A stretch of DNA of 56,476 nt, filler included, from Sphacelaria rigidula (Eukaryota), in assembly GCA_964200075.2 (NCBI GenBank). It is 6 parts of 6 records of this genome, joined end to end, with 100 filler letters (N's around TTAATTAATTAA, not from the genome) between each part and the next. Parts side by side here need not be neighbours in the genome. Positions count along the whole stretch, not along the records: positions 37,721 to 47,048 come from CAXNAA020008733.1; positions 47,149 to 56,476 come from CAXNAA020008734.1; 4 more parts are not named here. One strand, given 5' to 3'. The notes under the pieces were generated by a model, which did no database searches, was not told the origin of the DNA, and was given only the letters and a program-made list of their open reading frames with translations. This document shows, piece after piece, positions 38,051 to 50,689 of this stretch. Every line of letters begins with the position of its first letter. The stretch's first letter is position 1. The translations under genes were made by a program, and so were the position numbers.

Positions 38051-39133
38051 GTGCGCATTTCGGAACAGGGTGTGGTCGAGGGCGGGATAGTAGAGCAGGC
38101 TGGATTTGAGTTTTGCAATTCTCGTGTCAGGATTTTCTCGCATCGTACTATGTTAATTACCAGTAGCGTATAAATAGCACCCGAAAATGCTAGAGTCGGT
38201 AGATATTGTTGAAAGAGGTGGGTCGCGCGCAGAACACAATTCCAAAGTATGTGTTGTCGGGGCTAAATGGAGTTGAACTCTGTTCATCAGGGGGTGTTGA
38301 TCGCCGTTTTTAGTCCATACGGTTTTTGGGCTATAGCGAAATGAAGAGTCACAAATAAAATAAATCGTGTTGAGCAATCGTTCACTGTAACGGTCAGGAC
38401 TGGTTTGATCGAGACAAAAAAATACTTACTACGAGTCAGAACCTGGAGGTGTGTAGTCCATGACCCTCGATGGTGGATCAAGTCAAATATTTTCCTTTCG
38501 GAATTTAGCAGTCACACCAAAAAGTGGTCCCCCTGGTATTCAGTCGTGATTAATTTTTTAGACGCACCCGGGATGAAACAAGGTGAAAATACTCCATGGA
38601 GACGAGCGAAGAAAAACAGAGGTGAAACAGACTGAGTAGATTGAGAAAAGAAAATAGAAAGTGAATGAACAAAATAAGACTAAGACAAAAATATACAAAG
38701 GAAAAAAAAATAATAATCAGAAAATGAAGAAACGTGAGCCTGGGGCGCTGCGTGGGCGGTGAGAAGCCCTCATTTGGCTTTGAATCAACCACGAGACGTC
38801 TGTCTTTTGCCCCAAAACATGATGGATGGTACCTGGGTTCCGTAGCCATGATACCATTGATCTCGCAACAGCCGGGGGTGGGCGGGTGATGGCCCCCAGG
38901 AGAAAGGTAACAATCCTCCTTGCTGGGTATGATCATTGACGTGCGTACCTGTATCTCAACTGCTGGTATGCATGAGTTGACTTGTGATGGGGGAAGTAAA
39001 AAGCAAGAATGATTTGACCCGCGGATGATGATACTATTAAAAGTGTCATCTACAGTTATCTATTTGTTTATTCACAAGCGTGAGCCTGTCTTTCCCTTTC
39101 TCTTGTTTTTGTTAACGATCGCCATCATGACAG

Positions 39134-39445
39134 GCTATCTCGGGCATCCCATTCCCAAGAGGGTCGGGCCTCGTAACGCGATGCGCTACCCAGCTCATCA
39201 TGAAGAGCGGTGTGAAGGGGTCCCCGTGGAGAGCGAGTGCCTCAATCCCCGAGCACTCCAAAACCAACGAACACTCAAAAACGAGCGTCTTTAGAGGACG
39301 AAGATCTAAAAGTACGACCGCCGGCAGCGGGGCTACCATGACTGCGTCCACACCGGAGGAGCTGACGAAGGTTATTGAGGAATTTCAGAACGCGCTTACC
39401 GGTGGTGACCAGGGAGCTTTTTCCACGGAGACCATTTCTATCCAG
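39134..39445 (+). CDS. Mx-like dynamin GTPase, exon with G2 / dynamin signature
   Basis: cag|...|gt, phase 0; AISGIPFPRGSGLVTRCATQL...FSTETISIQ. Confidence 0.95.
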
Positions 39446-40159
39446 GTGATTGATTCATCGTTGATTTTTATCCTCTCATTCTTTCCTCTTTATTGCGAGT
39501 TTCATCATTTTTTTTTAGTGTTACTGGTACTACTTATATCACCAGTGTCATGAATATATCATAAATATCATCACTATTGTAATATCATCATAATCATATG
39601 AACTGCGACTCATCCCATCGATGAGGTTTTTCCTTGTACACACCACCGCCGGGGTATTTAAACCTGGTTTACCCCGCTACCTGTATTTCGCCAGATACGT
39701 CGGCGCATTCTGGAAAAAGTCTCTGGAAACTGACCAAAACGACCTTCTTCAGTGACCTCTTTCAGACTATCATGATTGACCTGAAAGGCTTGGGAAAATA
39801 GTCAACAGGTCTTTTCATATTTCAAGACACAAGATTTTTTCGGAACAAAATTTCTTCGAAGAGTGTAAGAGCAGATTTCTCAACCAGGTCTTGCACATAG
39901 ATCAATTCAAGACTGCATCGAATGTTTTTTCAGCGATCTGTTTTTTTCAAAAGTCGGAAAACACTGAAAAAAAATGCCTTGTTACAGAAGAGACTCCTCA
40001 GTGCTTGAGCTCGTCGGAATTGCTCCCGTTTCATGGATGGTACTGTCAAAACCGTTTGCATAACGCTTTACTCTTTGTATGTGATATTGCCCGCACATGA
40101 CGTTTCCTTGTTTCACTGTTAACTTGGATCATGTCCAATCTACAACAAAAAAACACAAG

Positions 40160-40275
40160 GTGCAAGCCCCCGGTCTGCCGGACTTGACGCTTATCGACCT
40201 TCCCGGCATCGTACGCACGGCCACTAAGGGTCAACGGACCTCGGTAATGGCTGAGGTCAACGGTCTCATCCAACG
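40160..40275 (+). CDS. Mx-like dynamin GTPase, exon with G3
   Basis: aag|...|gtgag; VQAPGLPDLTLIDLPGIVRTATKGQRTSVMAEVNGLIQ(R). Confidence 0.95.
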
Positions 40276-40749
40276 GTGAGAAGTTTATGTGGGGGTACTC
40301 GGTTTTGCTTCAGAAATGTGTGGCTGCCGTGACGGTGTAACTAACATCCGTTTTGGAAGAACAATCCCGGAAATGTGCGGAGGGATGATCTCTTGGCGCA
40401 TGTGCGTGGGCGTGTTTTTTTTTACAAGGATGTACCCTGGTATCCACAGTGATAATGATGATGGTCGAAATGATGGTGACTGAGGCTATGAACCGAGGGT
40501 CAAGTCCGGGGTCGGAACAGTGTTTCATTACTGCAATTGAGGGCCGCTATCGCGTATGTGGAGCGTGTAGCTATGCGGCATGAGGTTATCCTACAAAGCG
40601 ATCGGGGAGAAAAGGAGCACGTTCTTTGTTTTTCTTCTCTTCTCGATCGTTTGAACATACCCCTCCCCTTCCGCTGTTGTCACAGTAGTCTTTGGCGTCT
40701 GTTGTTCTTCTCCCTTTATTATTTTTATTTTTTCCTGAAATGGTTGCAG

Positions 40750-40840
40750 GTTCTTGGAGCAGGAACGGACGATAATTCTGGCAGTTGTGCCCGCCAACCA
40801 GGATGTGGCCACGGTGGACATTCTGGAGAGGGCAAAGCTG
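40750..40840 (+). CDS. Mx-like dynamin GTPase exon
   Basis: cag|...|gtacgt, phase-compatible; FLEQERTIILAVVPANQDVATVDILERAKL. Confidence 0.93.
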
Positions 40841-40986
40841 GTACGTTTATAACCCGTGCACGTGCGCAGAAATAATCACTACGGTCTTCCCCCATCAGTT
40901 ATTGATTGTGTCCTTGGTTGCTGGTTCTACGGTTCTACCTGGTGTGTTTATACCTACTCTACTGTACTGTTAGCAATGCTAAGGCC

Positions 40987-41541
40987 GTGTCTTAGCACAT
41001 GAGTTTCCGATCGAAATTGTGCGGTGCAAAACAAAAATCCCGATCTGATAGGTCGTGATTTCAACCATCTGCACAATTTTCGACGACGGTTGAAATTACA
41101 ACCTATCATATCGGGATTTTTGTTTTCCACCGCCGGTCGCCCCGGTGGCTCAGTTGGTAACCTCGAAACCTCCTTACGATTGGGTCTTGGGTTCGAATCT
41201 CGGAACTTTCTGGGATTTTTTCTCACACCATGCCCAACAGTGGAGAGCGACCATGTCGTGGGTACAAAAAAATCCGACTTCACGATCGACGAGGGAAAGG
41301 GACTGCTGAACCCCTTTCGCGATAAAAAATAAAGGCAAGCACCGCAGAAGAAAGGTGGAGTACTGCAAGCTAACAAAAAAGAAAAAAACTCCTGTGGTGG
41401 CCTTCCTCCTGCGTGACCCCGACTGGTGCGCCCATGTGTACCGCAAGGTGTAGACCGGCGTTCAGAACAGAAGGGACGACAACATAACACAGCACAACAC
41501 ACACAGCACATTTTCGATGGAAAACTAATGTGCTAAGACAC
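40987..41541. mobile_element. ~180-bp foldback element split by a SINE insertion
   Basis: Left arm GTGTCTTAGCACATGAGTTTCCGATCGAAATTGTGCGGTGCAAAACAAAAATCCCGAT; right arm ATCGGGATTTTTGTTTTCCACCGC[SINE]ACATTTTCGATGGAAAACTAATGTGCTAAGACAC. Confidence 0.8.
41132..41510 (+). mobile_element. tRNA-derived SINE, family 1 (in an intron of the Mx-like gene)
   Basis: GCCGGTCGCCCCGGTGGCTCAGTTGG...GGTTCGAATC, conserved body, CA-rich tail. Confidence 0.9.
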
Positions 41542-44500
41542 CCCCTATTAGGACCCCAGAGAGTAGTAGGTGACCAGGCTGTTCGATGACACCATACCGA
41601 CCAGAGACGATTCATCTACTCGTTTTTTATTCCCTGGTATGCTCCGTCCAAGTACACTCGGTTTTAGAGACAACCTCTTCACGGGTGAGTCGCGCGTTCA
41701 GGCAACGCCCTTCTGTTTCCACCCTACACGTTGTTGCTCACCATCCACACCTACCCTATAGCAGCGGCCGTGTCCTGGTGCTTTGAACGCGTACCCTCCA
41801 ATCATAGAGAGTAAAAATAACATTTTCCGGATTAGTGTTTTGATCGCGGGATTTTCCCGGAAATGGCCAGTGGTGTATGATGCATACGGGTCTGGAGCAC
41901 CCAGCGCAACAATCACCGTCCGAATCGCATACGTATCTGTCGAGAACGGGCCGGAGAAAGTCGAACCCTCGATTAAGTGTCCCAAGCACGGCCCCGTCCC
42001 AAAGAAATACAAATGAAAAATATCCACAGACTGTGCTGGGGGCGTTCTCATGTGTTGCTTGCCTTAGTCGTTTGACCATTGACCACGCATCCCTTTCGAG
42101 ACGAAGCAAGGTGTGCTGGGGGAGAAACCTCGAACGAGAGATGTGAGTGGGAGTAACTTCGTCCCGGTGCGTGCGTGTGTCCATGTATGATGCACTCCCA
42201 CATATCATGTCGAGAAATGCGCGGCCGTTTGTTTACCTCGCTGCACAAGCAACCCGAAGGTAAAGAGCATGGCTTCTACTGAAACAACAGCATCATGGTG
42301 ACTGAATTATGATCTTCTCTTGGTCTGTTTGAAGTGAAGAGTATTTTCATGTGCGCCGTACCGTCTCTACAGCCTCCGACCGCTGCGACTGCAGCTTGAA
42401 CCCAGGAAAAACGCGGACGAGGGTCACCCACCCCAGGGTCGGCCATAAGTTACATTGTAATACTTTTCGCTTAACGAATGAATGCAAAACCCACATGACT
42501 CACCCCCGTGGTCGAAAGGTTTAACTTCGGAGCCGGTTGCAGTAAAAGGTCTCACTCTCTAGAGGTTTCGACTCGAAATATGAAGTTAGGGCACAGATAG
42601 CCCACCCTGGCGATCAAGAATCATTTTTAGAGCTGGCGGGAGGAGGAGGTGAAACTTTCCAAAGGAGCAATCCTATATCTGGTGATACCCGTGGACGAAG
42701 GGAAGGAACGCACGGGGAGGCGAGAGAAGACAACGTTGTGCTGTACTGCACTGCGCTGTGCTGCATTGTACTGTGCTGTGCGGTGTACAACGCGGCTCTG
42801 TTTATCTATAGAGAAAACAGGCACCCTCAGGGTATGGGTCATTTGTGTTGCATTGGCATAATACTTCAAAAGTGAAGGCAAGACAGAGATGGCCCACCGT
42901 GGCGGGTCCAAGGATCTGATTTCGCAACTTGGAACATGAAGAGGTGACACCCTCGAAGGGTTTGGTGCAGTCTGATCCTCAGTGATACCCATAGACCGAG
43001 GGGACCAAAGCGGGGGGGAGGGCGAATACAACACCATACTGTACTAGACAGCATTGTAGTGCGGTGTTGTGCGTTTTAGATCGACTTTGTCTCAACCTAT
43101 GCAGTCACTCCCAGGGAGGGTATTCTGTGTTGCACTAGTACAGCTTTGCAATGCGGTAGGGGGGTACGTGCCATGAGTGTAAAGGCCTTCTGCGCTCCTT
43201 TTCCGACTGATGAGAAGAATCACTCACATCTGATTGGCTTGTGCGATTTTCCATCAGGAAAATCCGGGACGCTCTTTGCAAACATTTCCCATATGTTTTG
43301 GTGCCGATTAGCATAGGCCACTGTGTCCTTCGGGTTTCATCAAGTGTATAGCTTCCTTCTCTGTTCTCTCTTGCTTTCCCCATTTATGCCTCCACATGTG
43401 TGTCCTTTCCTCCCAGTGTATGTAAGTAGCAGTTTAATGCTAAAGCGCCTGGGAGGGAAGTGGAGGAGGGGGGGCAATTCAAGTTCTGCTAACGCACATT
43501 TTGCCTAGAGTTGCCCGGGGGACCGATCCTATACGCCCCCGATTTGCGATGGTTCCTGGTCTGCCTTGAGTTGAGGCTGGGTCAGGTCTAGCCTTTGAAT
43601 TTGACCCCCCCCCAAGAGGTGTGTGCAACCACCGACTTGCGGCGCCGAGTCGGCGAGAACCCCTGTTGATATGTTTTCTGGTTGAAAAAGCGCAGTCGCA
43701 CCCGGGTGGTTCAAACTGAAATCGTACAGCTGCACCATTAGGGCGGGCAAAACGCCGGTTTTATTCCCGCCAGACGCGTCTAGCTTGGCTTTTTTTTTTC
43801 ATTATGTAAAGTCTATCATTTCCGTCGTTGAAATCGTGAGGACGTCTGTGAAGAGCAAAAAAAAAGTGAGAACAAATACAAAGTGCAAGAGTGCTGGTCA
43901 TGGTCCATCCGAGATACCAAAGGTCAGGCATGTACCAGGCGCGAGATGGGTTGGTCCCTTGAGACAACGGACCCGGCCCGAGGAAGGGGAGAGGTTAGAA
44001 GTGAGAACAAATAAAAAGTGCAAGGGTTTCTCTTTATAGACTTCGGCTTCTATTCACTTCGGGCACGCGTATCTTATATATAATGACCATGCCAGAATTC
44101 GAAGCGGATCAGTGAGTGAGTTAATGTGCGACCATCATTCAACTGTCCCACAGATCACGTGTGGTGGTCTCACGTCATGTGCGCGAACCACCGAGTTCAA
44201 CCTCATCTTGGTTCCCCCCCCCCCCTCCCCTGTTTTTCCTCGTCTCTCTTGTTTTTTGTGTTCCCCCTTCCCTATTTCGTGTGCTTTGTTCGTACCCACT
44301 GGCACCGAACGCTTATATCCCCCAACTTCGTCCGATGTTGCCCTAACTCCCCGCCGCAAGCCGCCTTGGCGTGCTCCCCTCTACCACCGTTATCGTGTGT
44401 ACTAGGGAATAAATGCGAGTATATATCCAATCATATTTCCCATTAATATGGAAGGAGTAAAAGCTTGAGGTGAAAAGTAGCGAGCAGAAGTCATACATGG

Positions 44501-44594
44501 CTGGTTTTTCAAGAACTGGCTCAAGTGTCAACTCTGAAATGACGTTGGCAGCAAATACCCCCACACGCTCTTGTTTTTTTTTATTGTGTTTCAG

Positions 44595-44757
44595 GTGGAC
44601 CCAGAGGGGGAGCGCACGATCGGAGTTTTGACAAAACCGGATCTGATCGGGCCGGGAAACGAGGACGAGGCGGCGGCGGTGCTTAAGAACGTGAGGAAAC
44701 CTCTGAAGCTGGGATACGTAATGGTCAAGTGTCGAAGTCAAAAGGACATCAATCAAG
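44595..44757 (+). CDS. Mx-like dynamin GTPase, exon with G4 (TKPD)
   Basis: cag|...|gtgagt; VDPEGERTIGVLTKPDLIGPGNEDEAAAVLKNVRKPLKLGYVMVKCRSQKDINQ. Confidence 0.95.
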
Positions 44758-45691
44758 GTGAGTACGACTTGTGGGTTTCAGTCTTTCCGACCACGAGGAG
44801 GGATATTTGGATCTTCGCTGCAACGGCAGTATGTGGAATTGGAAGAATTCACCCGTCAAGAGCAAGGTTTTATTTCGACACATTTTTTCCTGCTGAGTTT
44901 CAATGCTATCAGTCGATCCCGATGCTAAAGCTGATCAGGTCCTCCATGTAACCACCTCAGCGTCCAATGACGATATATGTTTTATCGATTGGATGAGGAC
45001 AATATATACCCCCGAAATATCCACGTCTGGCTCGAAGGCAGTTAATGTACGTCGAGTTCTAAGTATCGTTCTGTTGAAGACCTGCTGTCGGTGCAACACG
45101 TGCCGGTTCGCCATATAGTATGCCGTCCCGGAAGAAAAGGTGTCGATTCACTGATTTTGGAACGTTTGGGTATGTTGCACTATTTCCGTGACGTCACGTT
45201 TCGAGAAAACTATGTTCCGGCCCTGGGATATTCTTGACACGTTTTGCAGTATGTACACATGCCCGCAGAACAAAGCATGTCGTTTTCGGTTCAAAAATGG
45301 TCATGCGGAACCATTGCCCGTTCCAAAGATGGTCATGCGAGAGCTTAGCTTACACTTGAAGGGCCTTGCGTTTTGTAAATTTTATGAGGGTATAGACTGG
45401 AACAAGACACAGAATGTTCCAGCCGGAGTATCTGAAGCACGGGGGATGGAGGGGGGGGGGGGGACCCTTCCTCATCCTGCATATTTTATTTATTAGAGAA
45501 ACCCCCCTTTGCTCAACGTGAGGAANNNNNNNNNNTTGCGCCGCGCGAATAGCGGACGTGCTGGCAATGACGCACTGCTGGGCGGTCGGCGGGCTCGATG
45601 CTTTCCCTTCCTCATCCTGCATATTTTATTCATTAGAGAAACCCCCCTTTGCTCAACGTGAGGAATCCGTACATTGTTCTCCGTGCAAAAG

Positions 45692-45858
45692 GGATGGACA
45701 ACAAGGAGGCGTTGAGCTCCGAGACGGCGTTCTTTCGACAACACCCCGTGTTCAAGGGATTGCCTTCTTCATGTTTCGGGGTGCCGAACCTGACGAGGCG
45801 GCTAACGGATCTGTTGGTGGGCCGGATCAAGGCGTCCCTGCCGTACATCAAGTGGGAG
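45692..45858 (+). CDS. Mx-like dynamin GTPase exon (end of G domain / start of middle domain)
   Basis: aag|...|gtcagt, phase-compatible; GMDNKEALSSETAFFRQHPVFKGLPSSCFGVPNLTRRLTDLLVGRIKASLPYIKWE. Confidence 0.9.
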
Positions 45859-46134
45859 GTCAGTTAGCCAGTCCAGCCATGTCGAGTCAGTTTCTAACTT
45901 GCTTGAAAATTCGTCCTCTGTCCATGTGTTCATTGCTTTTCTCGGTGTTTCCCCCAGGGGGGGAGGGGGGGGGGGGTGCTCTTCCCTCTTTTTTATTCTG
46001 TTTTTTCGACGTTGTGGTTGCTGTGGTCTTCCCTCGTGCTTCGTTTTTTGTCTGCTAGCTGATATGAAGATGGGTTACTTTTGTACACCTCTTCTATCTT
46101 TATTTCTTTCTTGTTTTTCATCCGGTGGTCACTA

Positions 46135-46884
46135 CTTTTGCTGTCCCACAAGATGAGCCCGTTTGGAGGTTTTGCCGCATTTCTCGTGCGTATTTTCGGC
46201 TGTTCCCGAGCGTTTTTTTGTAATTGTTTTCGTGAAGTTTTGGAGCACAACTCCAAACCGAGGCCTTTGCCGAGCCCCCAATAGACAAGCAGCTACGCTC
46301 ACGGCGATCAGAGTGTGTCGGTCGTGCACAACCGGAATCTACCGGTTGGCAGTCCTCCCATCGATTTTTGGAGAAACGTTTTTTTCATGGTTCCCGAGGC
46401 GTTTCGGAGAATCGCCCGAAACCTCGATTTTTCAGTCTGCCGCCACCACAGCACTATTTGAGCACGAAATCGACGTACATACCGGATTCGGGGGTATACG
46501 CGCCCATCCCGGGGACAATATCATGCTGTCCCCGGATCTGGAGGATCTTCTTGTTCTCACCCACTACCGTGGGTCTGAGCATCGAAAAAATGGTCCTTTG
46601 TACCCCCCGTATCGCACATTGAGCCAAAGTTCTGCCACAACTCTGGCTCTCCTTCGAAAAATCTCATTGCATAAGCCCACTTTGTGATTTTTTTACGACG
46701 GGGATGATAACATGTGATCCCCTGGGGCTTTTTTTTTGTTTTACATGATGGCAACCATATGTAGAAGATATGTTGGAGGTCCGTATGTCAAAAACAACTG
46801 TATTGGGTACATTATCGCAATATAATACCACGGGCTTATCGAATAAGATTTTTCAAACGGGCTTATCTTGTGGGACAGAGGAAG
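46135..46884. mobile_element. Tc1/mariner-like (Stowaway-type TIR) non-autonomous element
   Basis: TA|CTTTTGCTGTCCCACAAGATGAGCCCGTTTG ... CAAACGGGCTTATCTTGTGGGACAGAGGAAG|TA. Confidence 0.8.
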
Positions 46885-47972
46885 TATTCTCTTTTGTCTA
46901 TGAGCTGGGCCGGCCATAAACCCAGCATCCTCTGTCGTCACTACAACTCTTCAAGTTTCCCAAATCAGCACGACCTGAGCATATCGCTGTGAACTGCAGA
47001 CTAACCTGGTAACATAAGCACGGCCGCTGCTCGATTGGTGCACTTTTGNNNNNNNNNNNNNNNNNNNNNNNNNNNNNNNNNNNNNNNNNNNNTTAATTAA
47101 TTAANNNNNNNNNNNNNNNNNNNNNNNNNNNNNNNNNNNNNNNNNNNNTCTCTTCCATATATATATATATATATATTTTTTGGGGGGGGGGCGTACTCAT
47201 TTGTTGCTTGCCTTAGTCATTTGACCATTGACCACGCATCCCTTTCGAGACGGAGCATATTTTTTTTGGGGGGGAGGGGGAGAGGTCAACCCTTAGACCG
47301 CAAGCGTCACCTCGGAACAGTTTCGCCTCGGAACGATTTCACCGGCCGACAGTTCAAAAACATCCGAGGGTTTCAAGGGGCGGGGGGACGGGGGACGGGG
47401 GTGGTTGACAAATGGGTGGGGGGCTGTTCGCAAAATAGTCAAAAAGCTCACCAAGCCACCGTGTGTGTTTTGGAAGTTTCCCACGGGAAATTACAAGCCA
47501 GGAACGAGGCCCGAGCGGAGCAGAGTAACCATTTTGAGAGTTATGATTGATCAGAATGGTGACTTGTTCCCCTACAGATGGACTACCTCGCTGGCTAGCC
47601 GTACTCTCAATTGGGTAATGACAATTGAGTCATAGATAACATGGGCACAAACAACGTGCTTTTTACTTTGCTCATGGTCTATCCCGCCTGCCAGACCCCT
47701 CTTGCGGTGCCAGCATGGCTTCACACTGTCTGTAGTGTCGTGAAACACGAAGTAGAGGCATCAGCAGCGTGCAGCAAGCTGTTCAGTGGAGGGCGATGCC
47801 ACGCTGACTGTTTCTTGCCGTTGTATCCAGCGAAGACATAATTTAACTGACCCACCATGGGTCCAGCCGTGATCGCATGATAGACGTACGAAAGAAAAGC
47901 AAACCTGAAGCACTAGCTGAAAAAAAGAAGGGAACATGGAAAGTCGGACAGAACGACACAGTAGACTAAGTA

Positions 47973-48013
<41 letters not shown>

Positions 48014-48026
48014 TGATAACAACAAC
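47973..48026. repeat. (AAT)n microsatellite
   Basis: Directly visible trinucleotide run. Confidence 0.9.
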
Positions 48027-48574
48027 ACGTGTGCATACCCAAGGTCCATACCTTCATGAAAAAAGCGTTTTGTGTAGCGAGAATAGTGCTGCTCTGAACC
48101 TCTAATATGGCATAGTTCATCTGAATCCATCTCGTTTTGTGAAGCCAGGAAAGAGCCCTTCTGAATCTCAAACGTGGCACAGCCCATCTGAATCCACATG
48201 AGTAGGTATTCGCAGCCTAACGGTCAGCACGCGCAACTCGACAACTTTTCGGTCGTGCGATGTTCATGGTAGCAGGAGCAATATGGTCGCGTGCGTATTG
48301 ACGCTGTCAATTCGAAACGAGGGGGATTGTCGCTGTACGGGCCAATGAGTCCAGTCAAACCCGCAACATGCCGCAAATCCGGCGAAGAGGAGGAACAAAA
48401 CTGCTACAACAGGCGCTGATTCACCGTGCACCCGGCATGATGAGGCACATATATAGAAACAACACATATATACATCAGGTACAATGAAGTGGATATACCG
48501 ACCCGGCGAGGCTTGCATCGCCAAAGTACTTCAATACCGCGCATGGTTGGCAACACACAATCGGGCTGCAGCAT

Positions 48575-48882
48575 TTTTTTCTTTTCCCTCACACTTTGAA
48601 CCCCTCCCCTTCCTCGGGATGAGTCCGTGGTATCGAGGGAACGACCCATCTCTCCACCGGTACGTGCCTTTCATTATGGTCTCGCGGATTGGGTCAGCAC
48701 CCCTGCACCACGTCAACTCACCTCACACGAACCAAGTCGACTTCATTGATTTCTCACGTTCTCACGTTTTTCCACCGTGGAAATCATACATTCCAAAGAA
48801 AAACCCAACGCATCGGGAATCGAACCCCCGTTCTCTCCACCCTAATGGCGACAGTCGGACCATCACACCACCGGGGCGCGGC
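48575..48882 (-). mobile_element. tRNA-derived SINE, family 2
   Basis: Reverse complement: CGCCCCGGTGGTGTGATGGTCCGACTGTCGCCATTAGGGTGGAGAGAACGGGGGTTCGATTCCC, with a short A tail. A 3' fragment also occurs at ~20541-20648 (-). Confidence 0.85.
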
Positions 48883-49423
48883 GGCAAATGCGTATAAGAA
48901 GAACGAAAATGAGAGCTTGCACGAGCTGCCCAGCAAAATGGCAAACGACACGACGTTGCACGGCGAAACCAAGACACCACCAAGACACACATCGAGATAA
49001 TCATTGATTGATGCATTGTGGCACTTAGCCTGATCTCCCAGGAGTCATGATCCAGCCGTGGTCACTATCCACAAGATACACGTAACCTAGATGACAACGA
49101 AATGGAAACACTCGCCAACTAAATAAGGTGAAGGCAACAGAAAGGTAGAACAGACAGAATAGTGTGAGAAAAAAAAAAGAAAAAATGAAACAGAGAGAGA
49201 AGACCTACAGGCGGGGGTCACGTGAAAAAAAGCCCTCGGATACACACACGTGTGTCACAGGTGCAAGCCATAACCCCAGACAGACATTACCGGAAGTTGT
49301 GAAGTGTGAACCCCGGAATAAACCGGGTGCAGCTAGGAATTGGGCGCATCTGTGACTCTCATCGCACATTTGACTGAAAGGTATTTTCATACTGTCATGC
49401 ATTTGTCAAGTATCCAATCGCAC

Positions 49424-49578
49424 CTGACGTGCCCCCAAATACGGCGAGTTTCGCATAGCCGCAGTTAGCTGAGGAAGGGGGGCTGAGGGTCAGCATAGAG
49501 TGACCGTAGCGTTTGAGGGGAGGACGACCACGAACGTGAATCCTCGGCTCCCACTGCAACATGTTTATGTTGCCACAT
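49424..49578 (-). CDS. Kelch-repeat protein exon
   Basis: poly-T ccag|...|gtgcga, phase-compatible; CGNINMLQWEPRIHVRGRPPLKRYGHSMLTL...KLAVFGGTS. Confidence 0.88.
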
Positions 49579-50689
49579 CTGGAAAAAAAAATGGGGAGGT
49601 GGGGGGAGGAGAAAAAAGAGATGGAAAACGAAGAAAAGATGGAAAAAATGGGAGCAAGGAACGCAGAGGAAAAATAAAATAAAATCGATGATCAACAAAT
49701 CGATGATTGATACGTGCGCCACGGACAGGTGACACACAAGCGCCACGATGGTTATCCTTTCCATGAAAGCCCGTGTTGATGGTGAGCTCCACTTCATTCA
49801 ACACACGAGGCATATCTTTGAGGTCGCTTGAGATCGAATCCGTGCCCGCACCCTTCGACTTACAAACATAGCCACACTTGGCAAGGACGTTATTTTAACT
49901 CCGATGCGCAAGTATCACTTCGATGATTTCTCTTTCCATCCATGTATCCCAACATGTTAAATATCGGTGTACATCGCCCGCGCACCCCAATCGCGGGTCT
50001 GGGAATCCAGACTGAGAGCAAGCAGACGGTATCTTGTGCATGGACATTCCGTTTTCTCATGCATGATATAGCTGTCACGGGGATATTCTGCCACGATTCA
50101 CACTTCCCAGGAGCGATTGGTCTCATATTTCTCTCTTCGTACACACATCACACGCAACACTCACGATTGCTGTAAAATTGTTTCCGGTGGTCACCATTTT
50201 TTTTAAATTCGTAGAGTGTGCCCTCTCTTCCAGTTTCACTGTACAAAAACGAGATATATGTCATCTCTACAGGACAAGCCTGACGTATCTCACCATCGCT
50301 GTGGATCGCTTCTATGCAAACCCCTCTACAACCTTCACCCTTCCCCCCCCCCCATATCCTTCCTGGCTAGATACGTTTTTTTTGTTTAACCTTCGCAGAA
50401 AAAAGTTGTCTTTCTCGATCAAGGTCAACACGTGCCACGCCCAACCTCACTCTCCCTACAAGGTAGTCTCCGTAAAGTTCGTTCAACTATTTATACCACA
50501 AAAAAGGAAGGTCTGGACTGTGCAGTGTAAACCCAACTTTCTGGACCGATCACTTCATGTGCCGGTCAGCCACATATCGATTTCTTTGGCGACTGCAGGT
50601 GTGGCCATGCCTGTGGCCTACCGTAAAGACCTCTGTGTGCAGCTACCCAAATATCAAGACGAACATCCCCTCCACTTCTGTATTCCCAC

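Noticed and set aside
45464..45666. ~60-bp direct repeat upstream of the last Mx-like exon
   Set aside because: The copies flank a 10-N gap and differ by one base, so a contig-overlap or allelic artefact is the likely cause.
48060..48200. Two ~66-bp diverged tandem units as a coding exon
   Set aside because: The frame is not kept between units and there is no domain signal.
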